DNA from: an uncultured Candidatus Saccharibacteria bacterium
GTDB lineage: Bacteria > Patescibacteriota > Saccharimonadia > Saccharimonadales > UBA4665
Assembly: GCA_964483005.1 (NCBI GenBank)
Contig: CAYZZH010000001.1
Span: 23,370 to 87,369, forward strand
Length of the DNA stretch: 64,000 nt
Direction of reading: 5' to 3'
How positions within the stretch are numbered: position 1 is the stretch's first letter; each line of letters begins with the position of its first letter. Below, one piece after another: positions 9,301-17,631 of this stretch. The notes below the pieces were generated by a model that saw only the letters and a list, made by a program, of their open reading frames with translations, searched no databases and had not been told where the DNA came from. The position numbers were made by a program, and so were the translations under genes.

Positions 9301-9394
9301 AAACCACCCCACCCGCACCATAGTCATCGCCAGCCTCTTCGCAATGAGCCTACTGGCAGCGCTACTGTGGCGTACACGATCTCACAAACACTAA
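6311..9394 (+). CDS. Large secreted/surface protein with an SGNH (GDSL) hydrolase domain, acidic Ca-binding-type repeats, a Pro/Thr-rich stalk and a C-terminal TM anchor
   Basis: 1027 aa. N-terminal hydrophobic signal. GMGDSYISGEGA (block I), LLSIGGNDVGF (block II-III), SYHPNALGH (block V). DYDGDGLKNEDDSC...DDDQNGVDDACDSD. C-terminal IVIASLFAMSLLAALLW. Confidence 0.6.
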   Translation: MSGLRRSLYVSLYVVSAAVCFAVVSGVVAAATQNRPLWLSGSAQPQVEKLSELPANTLPETYGFDCVGRDTRNGSTWCAYKTPLGTMANARLLDGPNGDYQMETFYGFIAPSNPGQPQTVITYAYPRSWDDGAAILYRSTYDPAKLKYVESYGLPTIKRYEYRDATAQRFADASGTAYPLYPDSIAYSQNGKWMVAGLSGGGIVRFDTQTYTGKAIAIDQNQSVINGGYHGSPNLAVSDDGRFVASNRTLGYPPNTTPTLRVYDAESCRDQFTNRLKATAGHDCEYKDIWSGQYRTGNTQGLKQLLPGVEAPQRLRFLSPTALTFDGIYDRTSPTQYRVARYRVTMTHTTTRDYVGVLGMGDSYISGEGAKGKYFAGTDTQNNKCHLAWTSYPYAIGAKTFPYGRSVACSGAKMLDVSMAAGDPEPDPTKKINDGDNYKGQVKKKSEWGGRIDRENIISTFTPGYAQQTIFAREYKPRTVLLSIGGNDVGFAQIIVSCVTPLNTSSCYRFYEDRVPLAQHILSQYDRLVATYKQVQADSGGKLYVVGYPTIAKDGGNCAANVMFNAEEVVFSSQLTTYLNSVIKRAAAEAGAYYVDTTTAFTGHRLCETTKDQIAMNGLTKGDDKGYAGMVNIAGALVYVDLRLANESYHPNALGHKLLTQTILTKTNNLTAPMPNPVKNSKPPFDTNDPFLRVPRGVNLTTRTEPIVWQQSKTTPIYLRNQPYKLNSQLSLAQGAQTEVVLHSDPVTLYKGTDAAQTTFTIPATTPPGFHTLDVYGVTATGEPVDYRQLVYVVADIHDYDGDGLKNEDDSCVAVPQSGLDDDQNGVDDACDSDTPYQAPTVLDYDLPPDEPSTITDDDSLQPNDPYTDSLAVPFTPPQPKPTEEKEPPQPKPTPAADPTLPPTPATQPTPILPAKNSPLLALSPAISPITATLTTNTRRPSTTLAPNYGTILTPPTDLPQPNLTPTTPPTEVLGTHAQRPKTLPKTAATTTTPQAQNHPTRTIVIASLFAMSLLAALLWRTRSHKH

Positions 9395-9412
9395 GAAACG
9401 TTGCTAAAATAC

Positions 9413-9421
9413 TGCTACAAT
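9413..9421 (+). promoter_or_regulatory. Extended -10 element 6 nt before ATG 9428 (leaderless-type)
   Basis: TGcTACAAT then aagcgt then ATG. No SD. Confidence 0.45.
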
Positions 9422-9427
9422 AAGCGT

Positions 9428-10048
9428 ATGTCACATAACGCTAAAGCTATACATACCACAACAAAAGCCAAAACACCTTTCAGAAAACCAAAACCACCAG
9501 TCACACCTAGCAAACCCAAACTTAGCAAAAAACAAGGCTGGTTACTCGCTACGCTCGCTATAGCGGCCGCCCTATTTCTTTCTTACCAAATCCCCATCTA
9601 CCGTGAAAAGCGTGTCTACCGCGAAGCCGAAAAGCAAATAACTCAATTTGTCGACGAAGCCGCCAAACTTGCCCCCAGTACCAAAGAAATACGCAAGTAC
9701 TGCAGCTATAGCTCGGAGAAATATGGCAAGGGGAGTTTGGGATGTACGGTAGGGGCGGAAGTTCATTTTGAAGCTATGGCAGACGATGAAATTAACAATA
9801 CGATCAACAAGTTGAATACTATACGAAACAAGTTAAGCTGGGTTCATCCGCAAGATAATACCTGGAACGAGACAAATGGGCCTAAGACTGAAATTAATAG
9901 CATAGCCTATGATTATGCGAGTATCGGGTGTGCTGTGGCGTATAAGTATAAGACAGACGAGCGGCGCAAAATCGTACAAATTGCTGACAAAAAAATCATC
10001 TTTGTAGACGTGAGTTGCACTGGCTCGGCCTTAAAGGAGTATTACTAA
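9428..10048 (+). CDS. Hypothetical membrane-anchored protein (basic N-terminus, one TM)
   Basis: Track ORF 9401..10048. ATG 9428 is preferred from the promoter geometry. TM WLLATLAIAAALFLSY. No recognisable domain. Confidence 0.45.
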   Translation: MSHNAKAIHTTTKAKTPFRKPKPPVTPSKPKLSKKQGWLLATLAIAAALFLSYQIPIYREKRVYREAEKQITQFVDEAAKLAPSTKEIRKYCSYSSEKYGKGSLGCTVGAEVHFEAMADDEINNTINKLNTIRNKLSWVHPQDNTWNETNGPKTEINSIAYDYASIGCAVAYKYKTDERRKIVQIADKKIIFVDVSCTGSALKEYY

Positions 10049-11142
10049 TTGGTAGGCTTGAGTGCGCGTTCGTATACGGCAAGCGTTTGCTCGGTCATGC
10101 GTCGCCAAGAGTATGTTGCTGCTTGGGCGTGACCGCGGGCAATCAAATTGTTGCGTAGCGCTTGGTTGTCGAGTACCTCGGTGATTTTGCGGGCAATATC
10201 ATCCACGTTGAGCGGGTCAAAATAGTGCGCTGCGTCGCCATACACCTCGGGCAAGCAGGTTGCGTTGCTGCTTACCACCGGTGCACCGTGCACCATGGCT
10301 TCGAGCCCCGGCAACCCAAACCCTTCACTGAGGCTCGGAAACACATAGGCCGCGCAGTGCTCGTACAACCACCGCAGCTCCCCTTCGCTCACGTACCCCG
10401 TAAATAGCACATTTTTTACACCCTGTTCCGCCACCAACCGTTCGTGCCGCGCATAATTTGCATCCTTTTTCCCCGCCAAAACCAACCAAACCTCGGGTCG
10501 ATCTGCCACCAGTTTTTGCTGTGCGTAGATAAGGTTTTCTAAGTTTTTGTGGGGCAACGGCCTGCCAACGTATAGCAAAAAAGACTTGGCTTGAGCCGGT
10601 TTGTACACAACACTCTTTTTAGTAATTTTGTCTGCGCCAAGCGGTATCACGGTACACTTTTTGCTGGGCACTGTCGCAAAGTGGGCGACATCATCACGCA
10701 CGTAGGCACTATAGGTGATAATTGCCGTAGATTTGTGCGCGACACGCTTGTTGAGCCACACGTAGACTTGCTGTTTTAGCCAAAAAACAACTGCATTTTT
10801 TGCGGGGTTACGAAACCGCGTCGTCGTTAGGTCGTTCATGGTAGTCACAACGTTTCCGGTGTAAAACGCCGGTTGCTGCACCATGGGAAAGTGGACGAGG
10901 TCTGCCTTGAGTGAGCGCAGCTGCCGCAAAAATCCTAGCTGCTCGCCGAGCGAAAATTCTTTGTAAGGGCATGGTATTTTTACAAACCGCGGGTTTGTTG
11001 GCTGCCACCCCGCAAAGTCAGCCGGTTTAAGCAGCACAACAAAGTCATGAGGAGGGTCAAGCTGCTGGAGATAGTACAGCAGGCGCTCGACATAGCGCCC
11101 GGTTGTGGTACAAAGTTCGCGGGCGTCTATGACTATTCTCAT
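10045..11142 (-). CDS. Glycosyltransferase family 4 (GT-B)
   Basis: 365 aa. FPSLSEGFGLPGLEAMVHGAPVVSSN motif. Confidence 0.8.
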   Translation of the reverse strand: MRIVIDARELCTTTGRYVERLLYYLQQLDPPHDFVVLLKPADFAGWQPTNPRFVKIPCPYKEFSLGEQLGFLRQLRSLKADLVHFPMVQQPAFYTGNVVTTMNDLTTTRFRNPAKNAVVFWLKQQVYVWLNKRVAHKSTAIITYSAYVRDDVAHFATVPSKKCTVIPLGADKITKKSVVYKPAQAKSFLLYVGRPLPHKNLENLIYAQQKLVADRPEVWLVLAGKKDANYARHERLVAEQGVKNVLFTGYVSEGELRWLYEHCAAYVFPSLSEGFGLPGLEAMVHGAPVVSSNATCLPEVYGDAAHYFDPLNVDDIARKITEVLDNQALRNNLIARGHAQAATYSWRRMTEQTLAVYERALKPTN

Positions 11143-11218
11143 AAGTTCAGTATACCGGGCAATGCGCCCAAGTGATATACTCGTAACAGAGTATTAATAC
11201 AGGGGAGACAAACGCGAT

Positions 11219-12265
11219 ATGACGAAAAAAGCGCTTATTACCGGTGTGGCGGGTCAAGACGGTGGGCATTTGGCAAAACTTTTGCACGAAAAAGGCTATG
11301 AAGTGTACGGAGTAGTTCGCGGACAAATGGAGTCCAGCCACCCTCGCTACAAAGCCATCAAAGAAGAAATGCCGTACGTGCAACTGGTAATGGCAGACCT
11401 CCTCGACCTATCGGCTTTGACGCGCGCCGTGCAGACCATACAGCCCGACGAGGTTTACAACCTGGCGGCAATTAGCCACGTCGGCTATTCGTTTCGCGAC
11501 CCCATACTCACCTGTGATGTAACAGGCAAGGGGGTACTCAACATGCTCGAGGCGATTCGCCTAAGCGGACTCGAGAAAAAAGCGCGGTTTTACCAGGCTT
11601 CAACCTCTGAAATGTTTGGTGGCCTCGACTACAACAGGCCAGGGCAGGGCTATGACGAAGAGTCACGTTTCCACCCGCGCAGCCCATATGGTGTTGCAAA
11701 ACTGTATGGTCACTGGATTACCAAAAACTATCGCGAGAGCTATGGTATGCACGCAAGCTGCGGCATACTGTTTAACCACGAGGGTGAGCGCAGGGGGCCA
11801 GAGTTTGTCACGCGCAAAATTAGCAATTCTGTCGCTCGTATAAAACTTGGGCTGCAAGAGTATATCGAACTCGGTAACCTCGACAGCAAGCGTGACTGGG
11901 GCTATGCCGGCGACTACGTAGAAGGCATGTGGCGTATGTTGCAGCAAGACGAGCCAGGTGACTATGTGCTCGCCACGGGCGAAACCCACACGATTCGTGA
12001 GTTTTGTGAACTAGCCTTTGCCGAAATTGGCGCCAAGCTCTCGTGGCGTGGCGAAGCAGAGCAAACCGAAGGCATTGACGACAACGGCGTCGTGCGCGTA
12101 AAGGTCAACCCAGAGTTTTACCGTCCTGCCGAAGTCGACATATTGCTCGGCAACCCATCTTTGGCCGAGACAAAGCTCGGCTGGAAACGCGCCGTCGACT
12201 TCCCCGGCCTGGTCAAGCTTATGGTCGCCCACGACCTAGCCTATGAATCTGGCGAGCAGCTGTAG
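11219..12265 (+). CDS. gmd: GDP-mannose 4,6-dehydratase
   Basis: 348 aa. KKALITGVAGQDGGHLAKLLHEKGYEVYGVVR, YGVAKLYGHWITKNYRESYG, GNLDSKRDWGYA. Confidence 0.9.
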   Translation: MTKKALITGVAGQDGGHLAKLLHEKGYEVYGVVRGQMESSHPRYKAIKEEMPYVQLVMADLLDLSALTRAVQTIQPDEVYNLAAISHVGYSFRDPILTCDVTGKGVLNMLEAIRLSGLEKKARFYQASTSEMFGGLDYNRPGQGYDEESRFHPRSPYGVAKLYGHWITKNYRESYGMHASCGILFNHEGERRGPEFVTRKISNSVARIKLGLQEYIELGNLDSKRDWGYAGDYVEGMWRMLQQDEPGDYVLATGETHTIREFCELAFAEIGAKLSWRGEAEQTEGIDDNGVVRVKVNPEFYRPAEVDILLGNPSLAETKLGWKRAVDFPGLVKLMVAHDLAYESGEQL

Positions 12266-12336
12266 GCTTCTACTTTTTGCGCGGTTATACGGGAGAGATG
12301 TGGCACAGATCTGGAGCGCCTCAGCCTAGGTGGGCT

Positions 12337-13269
12337 TTATGTTCGAGAGCGCCAGTCGGCGATCACATCGGCAATGGTAGTTTCGAGCGGGATTTGGGGT
12401 TCCCAACCTGTGTCAGTCGTGAGTTTTTGGTGGCTGCCATAAATATCTGGCGTGTCCGACGGGCGCATACGTGCCGGATCTTGCTCAACACGCACCTGTG
12501 TATCGGCCTGCGCGAGTATCATATCTAGCATTTCCTGCCCGCTGCGACTTGTACCAGAACATATGTTGTATGTTTCGCCAGACTTACCTTTTTCGAGCAG
12601 CAATCTATATGCTCGCACAATATCTCGCACGTCAGTGTAGTCCCGCCTGGCCTCAAGGTTACCCACCAGCACTCTGTCTGCAACACCACGCTCCACATCC
12701 ACCACTTGCTTGGTAAGATCCGGCACGACAAAGCCGAGGTTCTGATCGGTTCCGATATGGTTAAACGGCCGCGCAACTATTATCTCAAAACCACGCGTCG
12801 TGTAGTAGTGTCCCATTTGCTCTTGGCCAAATTTACTGACGGCGTAGGGAGAGTTTGCAAGGACAGTCGAGGTTTCCGTAAGCGGCATGGGCGCAGCAGG
12901 GTCATAAAGCGTGCCACTACTGACAATAATGCACTTTGGTTTGACACCTTGCTTTGTTGCTTCCTCAAGAAGGTTGACCTGCAAGCCAATGTTTATGGTG
13001 ACGTATTGTAGCGGCTGGTCAAAAGACGGGCCGACAGCGGCAAGCCCTGCGAGGTGGATAATGCCAGTCACACCTGCAAAGTTAAGGCGAGCAACTTCTT
13101 CTGGTTTACTCAAATCGGCGACCACATATTCACTGAGTCCCTCGGGGTCACTCATGCCAGGTAGTTTTGGTCCGCCAACACCAATAACTATATAGCCAAA
13201 CTCAGACAATTCTGTAACCAGATGGTTACCTACGAACCCATTTGCCCCAGTCACAATAACTTTTCCCAT
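12337..13269 (-). CDS. NAD-dependent epimerase/dehydratase (SDR); candidate GDP-4-keto-6-deoxy-D-mannose reductase (Rmd-like)
   Basis: Track ORF 12337..13302. The Rossmann motif starts at MGKVIVTGANGFVGNHL (ATG 13269). YAVSKFGQE catalytic YxxxK. Convergent with gmd. Confidence 0.55.
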   Translation of the reverse strand: MGKVIVTGANGFVGNHLVTELSEFGYIVIGVGGPKLPGMSDPEGLSEYVVADLSKPEEVARLNFAGVTGIIHLAGLAAVGPSFDQPLQYVTINIGLQVNLLEEATKQGVKPKCIIVSSGTLYDPAAPMPLTETSTVLANSPYAVSKFGQEQMGHYYTTRGFEIIVARPFNHIGTDQNLGFVVPDLTKQVVDVERGVADRVLVGNLEARRDYTDVRDIVRAYRLLLEKGKSGETYNICSGTSRSGQEMLDMILAQADTQVRVEQDPARMRPSDTPDIYGSHQKLTTDTGWEPQIPLETTIADVIADWRSRT

Positions 13270-13305
13270 AGTAGCAGTATGACAGTTTTTTTCGTGTGTC
13301 ACAAT

Positions 13306-14463
13306 CTAGCTCGATAGATTGCGGAGTGCTTCGGCGACAATCCGAGAATTTTTCTCCCAACTAAATGTAGCCAGTCGTTTCTTGCCGGCTACTACTAGTT
13401 TTTGTTGTAGCGCAGTATTTGAAAGTAGGTTCGTAATTGTTTCGGCGATATCTTGCGGGTTGTCTTTATCAAAGTAGACTGCCGCATCGGCAGCAACCTC
13501 ATGAAATACCTGGATGTTACTGATTGCAGTCGGAATACCGTGCGATAGAGCTTCTAGTATGGGCATACCGAAACCTTCGTAGTGCGAGGGCAAGACAAAA
13601 CACGCAGCATTCTCATATAGCGCTACTTTTTCTACATCTGTTACGTATCCAGTTTGTATGATTCTAAACCCATCTGCTTGTTTTTGAGCAATGTCGGTGA
13701 GTATTGCATCGTCCCGCCACCCCTTCCCACCTGCCAAGACGAGTGAGTATTGGCTGCGAGTTTTGGCCGGAAGATGAACGTATGCCTCAATAAGATTTTG
13801 GATATTTTTGCGCGGCTCAACTGTTCCCACGTAGAGTATATATTTTTTATGCATAACCCCCTTTTTTGCTAAACTGGGTGGCAAAATACTCGGTGCTTGA
13901 GGGGTGAGTGGGGCTGGAGGAATATGCGTGACGATAATACGAGCCGTTAGGTCGGGAAAATGATGGAGCAAACGCTGTCGGGTATACTCAGAAATAGTTA
14001 CAATAAGGTCCGCCGTGCGGATCGAACGTGAACAAAAACGTTGAAGATAGGCCAGATTTTTAGGCTGTATGTACTCAGGATGGTCCAAATAGCCCAAGTC
14101 ATAAACTACCAGAGCTGTTTTCCGTCTCCTCAACAGCGGCAATGACACGTAATTTGTGAAAAGAACAACATCTGAACCGCGTGGTATAAAAAACTCAAGC
14201 GGAGGTTGAAAACCCAGCCGCCTACATGCGGATAGCAGCTTTCCAGGCGAGAACCTTATCTTATGAAATCTAACCCTCGGTAACGCTGGTGCTTTTTTAC
14301 CGCGTCTGCCAAAAAAGTCGAAAAAGAAGCCGTCAAGTCGTATGGCTTGACTCTCATTTTCGGACATAGCACGCATCAGTCGATCTACGTAATACCCAAC
14401 GCCAGTTTTTTGGTTGTCTACCATCGGGCTTGCTTCAAAGACGACAGAAACACTTTTTTTCAT
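13306..14463 (-). CDS. Glycosyltransferase family 4
   Basis: 385 aa. LPSHYEGFGMPILEALSHGIPTAISN. Confidence 0.8.
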   Translation of the reverse strand: MKKSVSVVFEASPMVDNQKTGVGYYVDRLMRAMSENESQAIRLDGFFFDFFGRRGKKAPALPRVRFHKIRFSPGKLLSACRRLGFQPPLEFFIPRGSDVVLFTNYVSLPLLRRRKTALVVYDLGYLDHPEYIQPKNLAYLQRFCSRSIRTADLIVTISEYTRQRLLHHFPDLTARIIVTHIPPAPLTPQAPSILPPSLAKKGVMHKKYILYVGTVEPRKNIQNLIEAYVHLPAKTRSQYSLVLAGGKGWRDDAILTDIAQKQADGFRIIQTGYVTDVEKVALYENAACFVLPSHYEGFGMPILEALSHGIPTAISNIQVFHEVAADAAVYFDKDNPQDIAETITNLLSNTALQQKLVVAGKKRLATFSWEKNSRIVAEALRNLSS

Positions 14464-14739
14464 ACCACCTAAGTATAGTTTGAGAATGGCGTTGACACAA
14501 TTTAAAGAGGATAAACAGACGAAAAGCCTCCACGATTTTCGGGTTAATCCTCAGGCTCGGCGTAACTGCCGCTAGTACGGGCAGGCGAGGGCTTACATTG
14601 GCGGGTTATTCTGCATGTTGTGGAATCGGTTAGACCCAAACCCGAACACTGCATCAACCATAAAATCTTTGGAGAGTCAGGTATTACGCGTTTGCCAAAT
14701 AAGCTCTCTGACCTGACCCCGATATCATACGCACTATGT

Positions 14740-14776
14740 CTACGCTCCCCCGGAGGGAACCGGAGGGGGAGCGTAG
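14740..14776. repeat. 12-bp-stem GC-rich hairpin inside the IS remnant
   Basis: CTACGCTCCCCC / GGGGGAGCGTAG. Its loop/stem carries AACCGGAGGGG (14758-14768), the same 11-mer found in both MITE-like copies. Confidence 0.7.
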
Positions 14777-14900
14777 ATCGGTTCCAGTACAATTATTAAT
14801 GTAGCCTGCTGCTGGTAGTAAGGTTGGTGCTGTCATCACTTGGTTAAGAGCAGCCCATCATCAGGCAGCAGCATGGCGTAAACAAGAAGGGGGTGCGGGT

Positions 14901-15255
14901 ATGGGCCAGCTTATTGCTACAGACAAAAAGCAGCAGGTCGTGAAAGAAATTCGTGATGATGGAAAGCGTCAATGTCTGGCAAAACAACTGGACAGCCCTG
15001 AGCCAGTACTTTGCCTTCAGCCCTGAGATACGCAAGATGATGTATACCACCAACCCAATCGAAAGCTACAATTCAGTCCTCAGAAAATACACCAAGAACA
15101 AACGCAGTTTCGTGAGTGATGACGCCCTCAGAAAAGTACTCTACCTCGCCACCCAGAAAGCCATAGAACATTGGGATAAATGCGTTCCCAACTGGCCAAC
15201 CATCCTCAACCAATTCGCTATCCACTTTGAAGGGAGGGTTACTATGACGCTGTAG
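14901..15255 (+). pseudogene. IS256-family (Mutator-type) transposase, C-terminal fragment, frameshifted and truncated
   Basis: 14953..15255 encodes ...WQNNWTALSQYFAFSPEIRKMMYTTNPIESYNSVLRKYTKNKRSFVSDDALRKVLYLA..., the conserved IS256 C-terminal block. The upstream piece (ATG 14901) is in another frame. The N-terminal ~300 aa are absent. Confidence 0.7.
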
Positions 15256-15424
15256 TAAAACCGCACCCCCTCGCCTAGGCGGGCTCGCGCCCGCCTAGGC
15301 TCCCACCCGCACACTAACAGAATGAGTTTACACAACAGTCCCGGTCAAACGCGTAATACCTGAGAGTAAAGAAGCTAATATTGCTAGACTGTAATGCGGG
15401 GGTTGGCGATAGCCTAGAAATAAG

Positions 15425-15433
15425 TGGTATACT
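15425..15433 (+). promoter_or_regulatory. Extended -10 element 9 nt before the wzm-like GTG start
   Basis: TGgTATACT. Confidence 0.35.
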
Positions 15434-15442
15434 TTACATAAG

Positions 15443-16249
15443 GTGCAACAGATAGGAAAACGGTATCGATACTCGATTATACTACTACGTGAGTTAGTGC
15501 GAACTGACTTTAAGTTGCGCTACCAGGGTTCTGCGCTCGGTTATCTTTGGTCACTTCTTCGCCCGCTCTTTCTCTTCACTATACTGTATTATATATTCGT
15601 TCACTTTGCGGGAACCATTAAAGGCATTGAGTCCCCCGGAGTGTACCTCTTGTTGGGCATCATACTCTGGAACTACTTTGTAGAAGTAACAACGGGAAGT
15701 GTGGGGGCTATTGTTGGTAAAGGCGACTTGCTCCGAAAAATTAACTTCCCCAAATACGTAGTTATACTTGCTGGCTCTATAGGTGCACTTATAAATCTCT
15801 CGCTCAATTTCCTGGTTATCTCTATTTTTATGGCTTTGTCTGGGGTTTCAGTCAGCGTACACGTATTGTTGTTAATCCCGCTTATTATTGAGCTATTCTT
15901 GGTATCTTTGGGTATGGCTTTTTTGCTCAGTGCGCTTTTTGTAAAATTCCGCGATATTTCTTACATCTGGGAGATTGTCATGCAAGCCGGATTCTATCTC
16001 ACCCCTATTTTGTATGTGGTAACGCTGCTTCCTCATCGTGTGGCTGAGATACTCATCCTTAGCCCGCTCGCACAAATAATTCAAGACGCACGCTATGTAC
16101 TTGTTTCGACCAAGACGCAAACCATTGCTCAGCTATATCCCAGGCAGGCGTATATGTGGTTAATACCTATTGGCATAACAGTATTCATTGTTTTTGTTGG
16201 TGCTGTTTATTTTAGAAAAAGATCAAAATACTTTGCCGAGGATGTATAA
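15443..16249 (+). CDS. wzm: ABC-2 type polysaccharide export permease (Wzm/TagG-like)
   Basis: 268 aa, about 6 TM. ELVRTDFKLRYQGSALGYLWSLLRPL, an ABC-2 signature region. Immediately precedes the ATPase. Confidence 0.8.
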   Translation: MQQIGKRYRYSIILLRELVRTDFKLRYQGSALGYLWSLLRPLFLFTILYYIFVHFAGTIKGIESPGVYLLLGIILWNYFVEVTTGSVGAIVGKGDLLRKINFPKYVVILAGSIGALINLSLNFLVISIFMALSGVSVSVHVLLLIPLIIELFLVSLGMAFLLSALFVKFRDISYIWEIVMQAGFYLTPILYVVTLLPHRVAEILILSPLAQIIQDARYVLVSTKTQTIAQLYPRQAYMWLIPIGITVFIVFVGAVYFRKRSKYFAEDV

Positions 16250-17440
16250 ATGCCAGACATAGCAATATCGGTTTCAAATGTTTCAAAAGACTTTATTCTC
16301 CCGCATGAGAAGGTGAGCAGTGTGAAAAGCTTGTTTACTTCTTTAACAAAAAAACGGACGCATACTATTGATATACAGCATGCGCTCCGAGGCATTTCTT
16401 TTGACGTGAAGAAAGGTGAATTTTTTGGCATAGTCGGGCGCAACGGGTCGGGTAAAAGCACGCTACTAAAAATCCTTGCAAACATATATCAGCCGACATC
16501 TGGTTTAGTCAAGCATACTGGCAAACTCGTGCCATTCATTGAGCTGGGGGTAGGGTTTAATCCTGAGCTGACCGGTCGAGAAAATGTTTTCCTAAATGGT
16601 GCTATGCTTGGGTTCTCTAGACGAGAAATCGAGGGATTTTATGATGACATTGTCAAGTTTGCTGAGCTTGAACGTTTTATGGATCAAAAACTGAAGAACT
16701 ACTCTTCTGGGATGCAAGTTCGCCTCGCATTTTCTATGGCGACTCGATCCGAGGCAGACATCCTGCTCGTAGATGAGGTCTTGGCTGTCGGCGACGCGGA
16801 TTTCCAACGCAAGTGTTTCGAGTATTTCCGCGAATTGAAAAAGCTGCAGAAGACAGTTGTGTTTGTAAGTCATGATATGAACGCAGTTCGCGAGTACTGT
16901 GATAGAGCGGTGCTTATAGAAAAAAGCCAAATAGTTAAAAAAGGGAAGAGTGATGCCATTGCTGTCGAATATGCGAAAATGTTTCTTGAAAGGGACAATG
17001 CTAGCGGAAGAAAAAGTGAAGAGATTAGATGGGGAACTGGCGACGTAAGGATATCTGATGTTGTGGCGAATAATGGTGCTGCGCTGACAAAGGAGAAAGA
17101 TGTGCTCGTTGTTGTCTTTAGCATTACTGCTAAGAAAACGGCTATCAATGTATGCTGTGGTTTTCAGATTAAAAATGCCGCAGGAGAGCTCATTACTGGA
17201 ATAAACACTCAGATGTTGAAACAAAAACTTACTGACATGAAAGCAGGGGAAATTAGAACGTATGAATGGTCCATACAAAACATTTTCGCAGAGGGGAGTC
17301 ATAGCCTATCTCTGGCAGTGGAGGCAAACGACAAGACTGCCGACTGGGTCGACGACGCGGCAATAGTTGATGTTTTACTCGAGCAACGTACACCCTTCAT
17401 AGTCAATCCGAGGATTTCGATTCAAGAACTACAAAACTAA
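16250..17440 (+). CDS. wzt: Polysaccharide ABC exporter ATP-binding protein with a C-terminal substrate-binding-type extension (Wzt/TagH-like)
   Basis: 396 aa. Walker A GRNGSGKST, signature YSSGMQVRLAFS, Walker B ILLVDEVLAVGD. About 150-aa C-terminal domain starting RWGTGDVRISDV. Confidence 0.85.
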   Translation: MPDIAISVSNVSKDFILPHEKVSSVKSLFTSLTKKRTHTIDIQHALRGISFDVKKGEFFGIVGRNGSGKSTLLKILANIYQPTSGLVKHTGKLVPFIELGVGFNPELTGRENVFLNGAMLGFSRREIEGFYDDIVKFAELERFMDQKLKNYSSGMQVRLAFSMATRSEADILLVDEVLAVGDADFQRKCFEYFRELKKLQKTVVFVSHDMNAVREYCDRAVLIEKSQIVKKGKSDAIAVEYAKMFLERDNASGRKSEEIRWGTGDVRISDVVANNGAALTKEKDVLVVVFSITAKKTAINVCCGFQIKNAAGELITGINTQMLKQKLTDMKAGEIRTYEWSIQNIFAEGSHSLSLAVEANDKTADWVDDAAIVDVLLEQRTPFIVNPRISIQELQN

Positions 17441-17631
17441 ATAATCACACTCTTATTTCTTAGCCTATGCCTATACTCATTCGCGTCACCGCAATTGAGA
17501 AGTGTGTACTAGCTAGGCTCCTCACTGTCTTGTGGTAGTTCTGTTAAAATAGAGGGGTGCTTCTTTATCGAGAAGGAATAAAGAGCCAGATAAAAAATTA
17601 AATGAAAAATGGTAATGTCTAAGGAAAAACT

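Larger units (their letters stand above)
14678..15362. mobile_element. Internally deleted IS256-family element bounded by 17-bp perfect inverted repeats
   Basis: CAGGTATTACGCGTTTG at 14678-14694, reverse complement at 15346-15362. AGAGT directly flanks both ends (14673-14677, 15363-15367). Contains a transposase C-terminal fragment and a GC hairpin, CCTAGGCGGGC/GCCCGCCTAGG, at 15274-15299. Confidence 0.55.

Noticed and set aside
16592-17302. 236-aa minus-strand ORF
   Set aside because: It is antisense to the Wzt ATPase gene, whose Walker/signature motifs validate the plus frame.
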